Source: a virus (taxonomy: Duplodnaviria > Caudoviricetes). From it: DNA of 51,974 nucleotides. How positions within the stretch are numbered: the stretch's first letter is position 1; every line of letters starts with the position of its first letter. Under the pieces are notes generated by a model. It ran no database searches. It saw nothing but the letters and a program-made list of their open reading frames with translations, and was not told where the DNA came from. Both the position numbers and the translations under genes were made by a program. Of this stretch, positions 16,758 to 24,584 are shown piece by piece. The stretch spans positions 1-51,974 of the IMG/VR virus record IMGVR_UViG_3300031473_000132; one strand, given 5' to 3'.

Positions 16758-18323
16758 TTAGTCCTTGACGCGCTTGAAATCGGCGGCCTTGAAGATGGTG
16801 TACCAGTCCGAGTAATAGACCTCCGTGCCGTCCTTGCACTGGATCAGGAAGAGCACATGCGCCGTGTCATCCTTCTTCAGGACCGGGCCAACCTCATCCT
16901 TGAGGTCTACCTTCTGATACCGCTTGGTATCCCGGATTGCCTTGACCGTGTCGTTGACCCATGTTGCCGTGCCAATACTCGTATCTACGGTCGCGTTGGC
17001 TGTGTCCGCGTCCTTCACCGAGAAATTCACGAGTTCAGGGATTGCTTGTGGCTTGGCGTACTGCGGAGCCGGGGGTGTCACCACGGGAGAAACTCCCGGA
17101 GGGGTGACCACATCGCCGCCGCCGAGCTGGTAGGTTTTCATGATGGCCGCCGCCGCTGCAATCAATCGGTCGGTGTTTTCCATCAGCCACGGGCCGGGGC
17201 AGATCTTGCCGGTCCCGATCGTCCACTCCTGGTGCCAGGTCACGGCACTGATTCCGGTCACGGGATGGATCGGCGCCTTGTCCCAGGCGATCTTGAATTG
17301 ATCGAACCAGTAGGCAAGGAACTTCGCGTCTTCGCCGAATGCGAAGTCGGAGACCGCATCGTTGTACTGACCGCTGTGTTCGATGGAGACACCACACACG
17401 TTGCAGATCGAGACGCCCCACTTGTTGCCTGACCACTGGATCCATTTGAGTGCGTCGCCATACGGGGCGCTGACGGGACCGGATGACCAGCCGGCGCGAT
17501 AGCCTCGCGGATCGTTCCATTGGATAATCTTCCCATCGGATGCCTGGCCATCGACGTTGCTCGTGCCGAGTCCGAAGTCGGTCAGGGCCTGCGTGGATGC
17601 CTGCGGGAAATAGCTGTCGGTACTGTTGAGGGTTCCGAGCATGCGATGCAGCACCACGAACATCGGCGTCCGGCGTCCGAGATTATCCCAGCCGATCCCT
17701 TCCGGCTTGTTCGCCGTGGCGGCCTTGCGGTCCACGAATCCGGGAAACGGAACCCTGCCATAGGTCAGTGTTGTGCTCACAGGTGTCTCCTTTGACGGGG
17801 TTGGCACGGAACTTGCATCCGTGTATTCACCCCAATAGGCGGTATAGCGTTCGATGAGTAACCGGGGGTAATCGGGGTCTTCAGCCCATGTGCCGTTGCC
17901 CATATCGGCGGTCGTTGATACGGTGTCTTCCAGTGATGCCTCGAACACGGCATTCCAGCGCGGGTCGAGCTTTTGATCGGCCTCTGAAACATCAACGCCG
18001 AGGTAGGCGCACCAATGAATGACCTGGGCTCTGGCGGCCCCTGTCGCGGTGTATTTCAGCCCCTGTGGCGGTCCCTTGGACGGCACGCCGAAGCCGGCAA
18101 CGTTCCCGTCGTTGACGTAGAACCCCGACGTGAACGCACCTGTTTCCAGATCCGCCTGCCCCACGAGCACGTCGCTGTCGAGCCCGTATTTCGGAGCGAA
18201 TGCATAGAGTTCGGTGAGGTAGGGGAGCAGGAAGTCGAGGCGCTGTGCCCCGCGTCGCTTGGCGATCGTGAATGCTGCACCTGCCGATCCTTTCGCTGTT
18301 CCGCGTATCGGAATTCCGGTCAT
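16758..18323 (-). CDS. Endolysin (glucosaminidase-like domain plus Amidase_2-like domain)
   Basis: GQADLETG..WAEDPDY (GH73-like); VVLHRM..SIEHSG..WHQEW..KICPG (Zn amidase-like). Confidence 0.8.
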   Translation of the reverse strand: MTGIPIRGTAKGSAGAAFTIAKRRGAQRLDFLLPYLTELYAFAPKYGLDSDVLVGQADLETGAFTSGFYVNDGNVAGFGVPSKGPPQGLKYTATGAARAQVIHWCAYLGVDVSEADQKLDPRWNAVFEASLEDTVSTTADMGNGTWAEDPDYPRLLIERYTAYWGEYTDASSVPTPSKETPVSTTLTYGRVPFPGFVDRKAATANKPEGIGWDNLGRRTPMFVVLHRMLGTLNSTDSYFPQASTQALTDFGLGTSNVDGQASDGKIIQWNDPRGYRAGWSSGPVSAPYGDALKWIQWSGNKWGVSICNVCGVSIEHSGQYNDAVSDFAFGEDAKFLAYWFDQFKIAWDKAPIHPVTGISAVTWHQEWTIGTGKICPGPWLMENTDRLIAAAAAIMKTYQLGGGDVVTPPGVSPVVTPPAPQYAKPQAIPELVNFSVKDADTANATVDTSIGTATWVNDTVKAIRDTKRYQKVDLKDEVGPVLKKDDTAHVLFLIQCKDGTEVYYSDWYTIFKAADFKRVKD

Positions 18324-18724
18324 CCCTTTCCTCCCTCATTGCCAACATAATCCGCTTGGCCCAGGTCGATCATTGCCTGCCCCACGTCCCGCAGGGTGCC
18401 GTCGTCGCCTTCGATATAGAGATCGGCGACGTACCGGTCGAAGCTTTTGGCGTCTTTTCTCGTGGCCACGTAGAGCGTGCTGCCGACCGGCAGCAGGGCC
18501 GCGAGCGCCGCCTTCGCCGTCTGCCCCTCCGGCGTTCCGTGGGCGCCGAACACCTCCGGCGCGTTGATGTCCGCGATTCGCAAGTTAATCTCGCGGCTGA
18601 TGCGCATTCCGAGGTCACAGACCACCCGGACGGTGTCCCCGTCCGTGATCCGGCTCACCGTGGAACGGTACCGATATGCAGGAAACTCTTCCGGCACGCT
18701 GCGTAGCTTCACAAGTCCGGTCAT
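18320..18724 (-). CDS. Thermonuclease (SNase-like) family protein
   Basis: RITDGDTVRV..LRIADINAPE..FDRYVADLY. Confidence 0.88.
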   Translation of the reverse strand: MTGLVKLRSVPEEFPAYRYRSTVSRITDGDTVRVVCDLGMRISREINLRIADINAPEVFGAHGTPEGQTAKAALAALLPVGSTLYVATRKDAKSFDRYVADLYIEGDDGTLRDVGQAMIDLGQADYVGNEGGKG

Positions 18725-19326
18725 GGCGATTCCTCCCTGTCCGTGTCGCGTGTGTCCTGGGCTGCCTGCCGGACATCGGCTACCGCTTCACGCGTATCGG
18801 CTACCGCTTCGCGTGTATCCGCGATCTCCTGCCGGGTGTCAGCTATTCCCTCACGCGCATCGAGCGTGTCTTCCCGTGCTATTTGCCGTCGCGCGATCCG
18901 GATTGCCTGTTCGCCCTGAAACGTTTCGCGTTCGTTCTGTTCTTTTTCCCGAATATCCTGGCGTTCGTTCACGTCTTCGTTCCCTCCCCAGCTTTCACGC
19001 CGGATTTCCGACAGGAACCGCAGGCGGTGATAGGTCGTGATATACGTCACGAGGCCCACGGCGACATACAGGGCGATGCGTTCGGTACCGTTGAAGATAT
19101 AGATGTCCCACGTCACGATCACGGCGAGCAGGAGGTCGAAGACCGCCCGGACGCTGCTCTTGACGCCGAGCCAGAATTCACCCCGGGTCAGCTCGACCCC
19201 CAGCCGCGCCTCGTTTCGTTGGCGACGCAGTATCCACCACGTCGTGAGATGGATGATCGCCTGCGTCACCGAACTGAGGAACAGCGACCAGACGGCGAAG
19301 AGCGCGAACATGCGTTCAGGTATCAC
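18721..19326 (-). CDS. Membrane protein (about 3 TM) with C-terminal heptad repeats
   Basis: AGGAGG before GTG19326; hydrophobic segments; ADTREAV-type repeats. Confidence 0.7.
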   Translation of the reverse strand: MIPERMFALFAVWSLFLSSVTQAIIHLTTWWILRRQRNEARLGVELTRGEFWLGVKSSVRAVFDLLLAVIVTWDIYIFNGTERIALYVAVGLVTYITTYHRLRFLSEIRRESWGGNEDVNERQDIREKEQNERETFQGEQAIRIARRQIAREDTLDAREGIADTRQEIADTREAVADTREAVADVRQAAQDTRDTDREESP

Positions 19327-19561
19327 GGTCGCCCTCCTGACGTGACGGACGGTTGGTAAGGTAGGCCCGTTCGAGGACGTTGGGGCGCAGGTGCAAGACT
19401 TTCTGGTCCTCGCCGATCCGCCCGGCATCGAGATCGTTGGTGAACGTGATCAGCCGCCGCTTGACGACCAATAGCTCCTCGGATTCCCGGATCGCGTCCC
19501 GGACGTGCGGGCTTTGGCGGTCAGGTATCAGGCGCCCGGTGATCCACCTCATGAAGCTCAT
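19316..19561 (-). CDS. Hypothetical lysis-region protein (MSFMRWITG...)
   Basis: GGAGG RBS; ATGA overlap with upstream gene. Confidence 0.65.
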   Translation of the reverse strand: MSFMRWITGRLIPDRQSPHVRDAIRESEELLVVKRRLITFTNDLDAGRIGEDQKVLHLRPNVLERAYLTNRPSRQEGDRDT

Positions 19562-19785
19562 TGCGGACCTCCCGGCACGATCTGCACGCCCTGCGCGCGG
19601 AGCAGGCTTGCCTGCAACGCGATCAGGTCGCGGGACGCCTTGTTGGATTCGTCGAGCTTGATCTCCAGCTTGTCGTTTTCCGTCTTCAAATCCTTGATCT
19701 CTGCCCGCAAGTAGAGAATCACGGCGGTCGTGAACGAGGACAAGAGCGTGAAGAGTCCGCCGATCGCCAGGTATTCGGGTGGCAA
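19558..19785 (-). CDS. Holin-like protein (one TM plus coiled coil)
   Basis: GGGGAG before TTG19785; LAIGGLFTLLSSFTTAVILYL followed by coiled coil. Confidence 0.65.
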   Translation of the reverse strand: MPPEYLAIGGLFTLLSSFTTAVILYLRAEIKDLKTENDKLEIKLDESNKASRDLIALQASLLRAQGVQIVPGGPQ

Positions 19786-19920
19786 AATTATTCTCCCCAC
19801 TTCGGCGATAGGGAGCACCCCTGATGAGGTTGGGGTGTAGATATGTTTTCATCTCCGTGCCCTTTCGTTTTTGGCATCCAGGACTGTTGATATCCAAAAC
19901 TGTTGATTTGGCGGGGATTT

Positions 19921-20009
19921 TGGTATACTTGTGGGGACGCAAAGTGACCCGGCGCAGCGCTAACTGCCCAGGTCGTGGCACCCCAGAAGCCTGTAAGGAG
20001 GCCCCCAAG
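19921..20009 (+). promoter_or_regulatory. Nuclease-cassette leader copy C
   Basis: TGGTATACT..GACCCGG-C-GCAG-CGCTAA-CTGC-CCAGGTC-GTGGCAC..GCCTgtaaggAGGC..ATG. Confidence 0.7.
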
Positions 20010-20549
20010 ATGCTCACCAAGAATACTCCAAACTCCATGTGCAAAACTTGTGGAGTCTCTTTCCGCAGAACTCCTTCCCAAATAAAAACAGGGAGGAAAT
20101 TGTATTGTTCCAAATCCTGTTCTATTCAAGGGCAGTACGGACGGCGAACCTTCGACAACATGCTTTGCCAGCAATGCGGAAAATCGTTCAGAGCAAAGCC
20201 GTATCGAATCGGCAGCGTGAAGTATTGCTCCATGAAGTGCTACAGGAAGGCACGAAAGGGGACTCCTCTTCGGCGAATAGAGGGCGTGACGGTTGAGATA
20301 TGCCATCGTGGATATCGCCATATTTGGCTTCCTCAACATCCATCGTGTGACTCGGAGGGATACGTTTCTGAGCATCGACTGGTCGCCGCAGCAATGCTGG
20401 GTCGCATGCTGAATGATCGTGAAATTGTTCACCACAAAGACGGCAATCGTCTGAACAATGACCCTTCCAACCTTCAGGTTATGTCCCAATCGGCTCACAT
20501 GAAGCTCCATCGCAATCAAGAACGAGAGTTGCGAGACAAGGCAGCGTGA
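20010..20549 (+). CDS. Zn-finger HNH endonuclease, antisense to late operon
   Basis: CxxC/YCSxxC repeats; GYVSEHRLV..VHHKDGNRLNNDPSNL. Confidence 0.92.
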   Translation: MLTKNTPNSMCKTCGVSFRRTPSQIKTGRKLYCSKSCSIQGQYGRRTFDNMLCQQCGKSFRAKPYRIGSVKYCSMKCYRKARKGTPLRRIEGVTVEICHRGYRHIWLPQHPSCDSEGYVSEHRLVAAAMLGRMLNDREIVHHKDGNRLNNDPSNLQVMSQSAHMKLHRNQERELRDKAA

Positions 20550-20633
20550 CTCATCAGGGTCGCCCTCCTTTCTGCGGTACGGAGCCCCGCGCACGAGCAC
20601 GTCGCTGATGTAGATGCCCATCGCGTATTCCTT

Positions 20634-21422
20634 TCATCTCACTCGTCTCGCAACCATCATCGACCCCGCGTAGACAGACACCTGCTGTCCGCTCGTGGGA
20701 GAGACGAACTGCATGCGGACCGTCCCCATCGCCGTCGAGCCGCGCACGCTGGCCGTCACCCGCGCCGATCCCGTCGTGCCGCCGCCCGTGTAGAAGATCG
20801 TCCCGCACTGCCGGGCATCGGAGAGCTTGACGACGCCGGACACGGTGCTCGCGTTGTCGGTCCCGGGCCCGCTGTAGACCTGAAGCGTCGAGCAGGAGAC
20901 CGGCGTCACCATTCCCAGCCGGATCCCGTTCGCCGCGGTAATCGCACCGATGCCGAGCGTGTAATCGACCGTCCATTGCTCGCCGGCCGGGACCGTGAAG
21001 GTGAACGCGTCGATCGTGCTCATGACGGTGTTCGAGGACGTGCCGAGGTCCGCCCCGAGCACACGGACGATCGTTCCGCTCCTCAGCGCATCCACATCCA
21101 GCGCGGTCGCCGGTAACGGATCGTCGGCCTGCCCCGGCTGCGGGATGACGCCCACGATCAGCTCGCCACCGCCGAGGCGGAGGGTGAGCACGTCATCGCC
21201 CGCCTGCATCCGCAGGTTCCGCAGCCGCGCGACCGCGTGCGCGACCGGATCGGACGGGTCGGGCGACGTCACCCGGACCATCCCGGCATCGTCGATGTCG
21301 ACCACCTGGCGACGGTCCACGATGCCCGCGACCGATCGCTTCATGTCTCGCGCGAGTTGCGACCAGAGGCCCGTCGTCAACCCCTGCGGCACCGTGACCG
21401 GTCGTTCCTTGGTGTCCATCAC
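20634..21422 (-). CDS. Minor tail / tail tip protein
   Basis: Position at end of tail module; beta-rich C-terminus. Confidence 0.6.
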   Translation of the reverse strand: MMDTKERPVTVPQGLTTGLWSQLARDMKRSVAGIVDRRQVVDIDDAGMVRVTSPDPSDPVAHAVARLRNLRMQAGDDVLTLRLGGGELIVGVIPQPGQADDPLPATALDVDALRSGTIVRVLGADLGTSSNTVMSTIDAFTFTVPAGEQWTVDYTLGIGAITAANGIRLGMVTPVSCSTLQVYSGPGTDNASTVSGVVKLSDARQCGTIFYTGGGTTGSARVTASVRGSTAMGTVRMQFVSPTSGQQVSVYAGSMMVARRVR

Positions 21423-23983
21423 AGATATGCCTCAATGCGAAAAACTTCCGAGGACGTGCGGGCGGTGACGCCCTTGAGCTGCATCGTCCACGCGCGCCGG
21501 AACCAGGTGCCGTCGTAGGTCACCTCGCGGTGCCGGACGTCGAGGCCGATGATGTCGTGGGCACCGGCATCGAGATCGATCACGGTCTCGATCGCCAGCT
21601 TGCGGTAATAGCTCGCGCTGGTACTCAACAGCAGGGCCGCCTTCGCGTCCGCGTCCGCATTGCTCGTGACCTGCGAATCCTCGATCGTGTCCGCCAGCAC
21701 CATCCCGATCCGGTCGCGGTGCAGGGGATGGTTCGGATTGACGATCTCCGCCATGCCGAAGATCGTCGGCTTGCTGGGCGAGATGCTGCGCACCGTGACC
21801 CGGTTGCGCAGGCGCGACCAATCGGGCTGTTCGCCGATCGGCGGGATCAGCTGCACGTTGTCGCCCTGCGTCGAATAGGTCTGTTTCGGGCTCGCCGTTT
21901 GCAGGTTCTGGTAGGGCGTCGTGCGAATCAGACCGTCGCCGTCCATCCACACCGCGTACCAGTTCGCCGCGTTGTAGAGGTCGTTGATCACCTTGAGGCG
22001 GCTCGTCCCCGCGTCGAAATGCATGGCCGTCGTGAGATTGAATCCCGTGTCCGGCAAGACGAGCTGGGAGGGGGCGAACCCGCCGTCAATCGCGACGCGG
22101 CGCGCGCCCGCCCCCGGGTCGAGGCCGGTAAAGAAGTTGAGGGCGAACGGGAGCGTGTCTCGTTGCAGCAGGAACGTCACGTCCTGCGCTTCCAGCGACC
22201 CGCTGAAGCGCCCCGGCGTCAGGGACGTATTCGGCGGCGTCACGAGGTAGTGCCCCATCTGACGCGTCGTGCGGGTGCCGGACGCATCGGTGAGCGTGAT
22301 CTCGGGAATCACGAAATCCGAGAACGGCGTGAAATAGTGCGGGCTGTTGACCGTCAGTGACAGCTTGCGCTTGACGTCGCGATCCTCGTTGTAGTCGAGT
22401 GCGCCCTGGATCGGGATCGAGACCGGCACTCGCTCGCTTCGGTTGCCATAGCGGTCGGCACGCCAGAGCACGATCTGCACCGCGTAGGCGCCACTCCGGT
22501 TGAGGACGTTGGTGACGCGTGGCACGTTCGGCAGCGTGATCGTCTGCACGCTGCCCGTTGCGCTGAGGCTGACCGTCGCGCTGTCGGTTGCCGGGATCGT
22601 GGTTGCAACGCCCGGCGTCTCCACCAGCGTGATCGTGAGCGTCTGCGACTGGGAGAGCGTCGCGGCGATGCTGCGCGTCTCCGTCAGGGAGACGGTGGGA
22701 TTGTCGGCAACACCCATTCCACTGGTTGCCGCCGTGCTCACCGTCGCGGCGTCGTAGCCCTGTAGACTCGCGGCGATCGCCGGTTGGGCGGTTGTCGATA
22801 CCGTCGGCGCATCGGCTGCCGTGAGCGTGGCGCTGGCGGTTGAAGTCTCCGACGTGCCGACCGTGACGGTATCGGCACTCGTGAGCCCCACCGCCACGAG
22901 TGCCGTTTCAGTGGTACTGACGGTCACGGTGTCACTGGACGAAGCGGTCGTGATCGTGCTCACGTCGCTGACGGCGGTTGCGCTGACGGTTGGACTATCC
23001 GCTCCGGAGAGCGTCGCAGTGGCGGTCGGCAGGGCAACTGTGGAGACCGTCATCGTGTCGGACCCGGCAAGGGCAGTCGAACTCGACGCCAACGCTGCTG
23101 CGTCCACCATGACCGCATCCGCCCCACTCACGGTCCCGGCAATGCCCGCTTGTTCGGTGGTGCTGGTCGTGAGCGTGTCAGACCCGGCGATCGTCGCAAG
23201 GCTCGTGACACTGCCGGATTCGGTGAGACTGACCGTAGAGCTGTCGGTTCCGGTCAGGGTGGCGGAGAGCGCGCCCGCTTCCGAGGTGGACGCCGTGACG
23301 CTATCGCTGCCGGAGACGGTGATCGGGCCGGTCGATACCGGTGCGATCGTGTTACTGAACTCGATCCACGGGTTGAGCGCAGTGGTGGTGGTCTCATCTT
23401 CCGGGAGGTCGCTGGCGTTGTTATCGCCGAAGATACCGGTGCCGGTCGAAGCGGTCGTCACGGTGGCGTTGATCCGATAGCCGACTTCGATCACGATCCG
23501 GTCACCGCTGCTTGCCGTGACATCTGTGAGGGTCTGGCTTGCGCCTCGCGGAGCCTGGCGACTGGTCCCGATATTGGCGACAGACGACAACGGGAACTCG
23601 GACGTGGGGCTGGTTGTTATCGACTCCGGGTCTCCGGCATAGGCCACGCCGCGAAGGGTTGCACCGTCTCCACTCACGACACTGACCAGCACCTGCATGC
23701 GGTAGTTCGCGGCGCTGGCGTTTTCCCGCGCACGGATCTGGCCCTTGACCGTTCCGCTGATCGTCTGTGCGCCAATCGGGTCGGAGACGTACTGTCGCCA
23801 GATCACGTCCTGCCCGGTTTGGTTGCTCGCCCCCTTTGCGGTCGTCTTGTCCGCCATCGCCGAGCTGATGCGCGTCGTGACGAGCGCAAGCCGATCAACG
23901 CCGGTCTGGATATCCCATTCGGCGCTGATCGCGGGGCTGACGGCAGCCGCCCCGGAACTCGGAAAATAATAGCGAGTCGCCAC
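21419..23983 (-). CDS. Minor tail protein with Ser/Thr-rich repeats and hub-like C-terminal domain
   Basis: xGxDxxTVSxxE repeats; C-terminal SRLKVINDL..VWMDGDG..NRVTV. Confidence 0.65.
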   Translation of the reverse strand: MATRYYFPSSGAAAVSPAISAEWDIQTGVDRLALVTTRISSAMADKTTAKGASNQTGQDVIWRQYVSDPIGAQTISGTVKGQIRARENASAANYRMQVLVSVVSGDGATLRGVAYAGDPESITTSPTSEFPLSSVANIGTSRQAPRGASQTLTDVTASSGDRIVIEVGYRINATVTTASTGTGIFGDNNASDLPEDETTTTALNPWIEFSNTIAPVSTGPITVSGSDSVTASTSEAGALSATLTGTDSSTVSLTESGSVTSLATIAGSDTLTTSTTEQAGIAGTVSGADAVMVDAAALASSSTALAGSDTMTVSTVALPTATATLSGADSPTVSATAVSDVSTITTASSSDTVTVSTTETALVAVGLTSADTVTVGTSETSTASATLTAADAPTVSTTAQPAIAASLQGYDAATVSTAATSGMGVADNPTVSLTETRSIAATLSQSQTLTITLVETPGVATTIPATDSATVSLSATGSVQTITLPNVPRVTNVLNRSGAYAVQIVLWRADRYGNRSERVPVSIPIQGALDYNEDRDVKRKLSLTVNSPHYFTPFSDFVIPEITLTDASGTRTTRQMGHYLVTPPNTSLTPGRFSGSLEAQDVTFLLQRDTLPFALNFFTGLDPGAGARRVAIDGGFAPSQLVLPDTGFNLTTAMHFDAGTSRLKVINDLYNAANWYAVWMDGDGLIRTTPYQNLQTASPKQTYSTQGDNVQLIPPIGEQPDWSRLRNRVTVRSISPSKPTIFGMAEIVNPNHPLHRDRIGMVLADTIEDSQVTSNADADAKAALLLSTSASYYRKLAIETVIDLDAGAHDIIGLDVRHREVTYDGTWFRRAWTMQLKGVTARTSSEVFRIEAYL

Positions 23984-23986
23984 GAC

Positions 23987-24364
23987 TTAGCTGATTCCCA
24001 TAGTCACAGTTATTGTGAAAACTTTCGTTTCTGTAGCGGCTTTCGTTCCGTTATCGGCAACCGTTCTGTTCATCATCGTGCCCACCGTAGAAGCGTTGTG
24101 GACGCCGAACTCGGCCCACACGTGGTTCGCGTCCGACGTTCCGAATGTCGAGCGAAACGTCATCACGTTTCCGGACACCTGCGGGTAGGTCGCGTCCATC
24201 GCCTTGCGCGTCTTGGTTGCGCCCTGTAAATCGGTCTGCGTGGCCGCGAAGGCCGCGCTGCTGATGCCGACGCCGATGTAGGCGTTGGCATTGTTGAAGA
24301 ACGTCACCGCGCCGCCTGTCGTGGCGAGTGCGAGCCAATCCCGATACGCATTTGTTCCTGGCAT
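23987..24364 (-). CDS. Minor tail protein
   Basis: YIGVG..TDLQG..FGTSDANHVWAEFGV..MMNR, typical of small tail proteins. Confidence 0.65.
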   Translation of the reverse strand: MPGTNAYRDWLALATTGGAVTFFNNANAYIGVGISSAAFAATQTDLQGATKTRKAMDATYPQVSGNVMTFRSTFGTSDANHVWAEFGVHNASTVGTMMNRTVADNGTKAATETKVFTITVTMGIS

Positions 24365-24368
24365 GTCG

Positions 24369-24584
24369 TTACCCTTCTGTGCTGATTAATGCGTCCAGCG
24401 CGGCAATCCGCGCCGGGTCCGTGACTTCGATCGGGCCGTCCGATCCCGGTTCCCACCATGCCGAATCGGTCTCGATGCCGCTTGGATCGCCCGCCTCACC
24501 GGCGTCGATCTGTTCGGCGGTCCAGTCACCGCCATAGGTCACGATCGATGTCGCCACCTTGTACGGCTGCGCTAGCTGGTCCAT
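24369..24584 (-). CDS. Hypothetical virion-module protein
   Basis: GGAG RBS; overlaps upstream gene end. Confidence 0.6.
   Translation of the reverse strand: MDQLAQPYKVATSIVTYGGDWTAEQIDAGEAGDPSGIETDSAWWEPGSDGPIEVTDPARIAALDALISTEG

Larger units (their letters stand above)
19788..20621 (-). other. Stop-free bridging frame opposite the HNH gene
   Basis: AAAGGA RBS 12 nt after upstream stop; 277 codons; stops 2 nt before TTG19785. Confidence 0.45.

Noticed and set aside
19934-19944. GGGACGCAAAG resembles part of the c-di-GMP-I riboswitch
   Set aside because: The upstream GGCAAACC/GAAA stem is missing; the sequence fits the phage's own five-copy leader better
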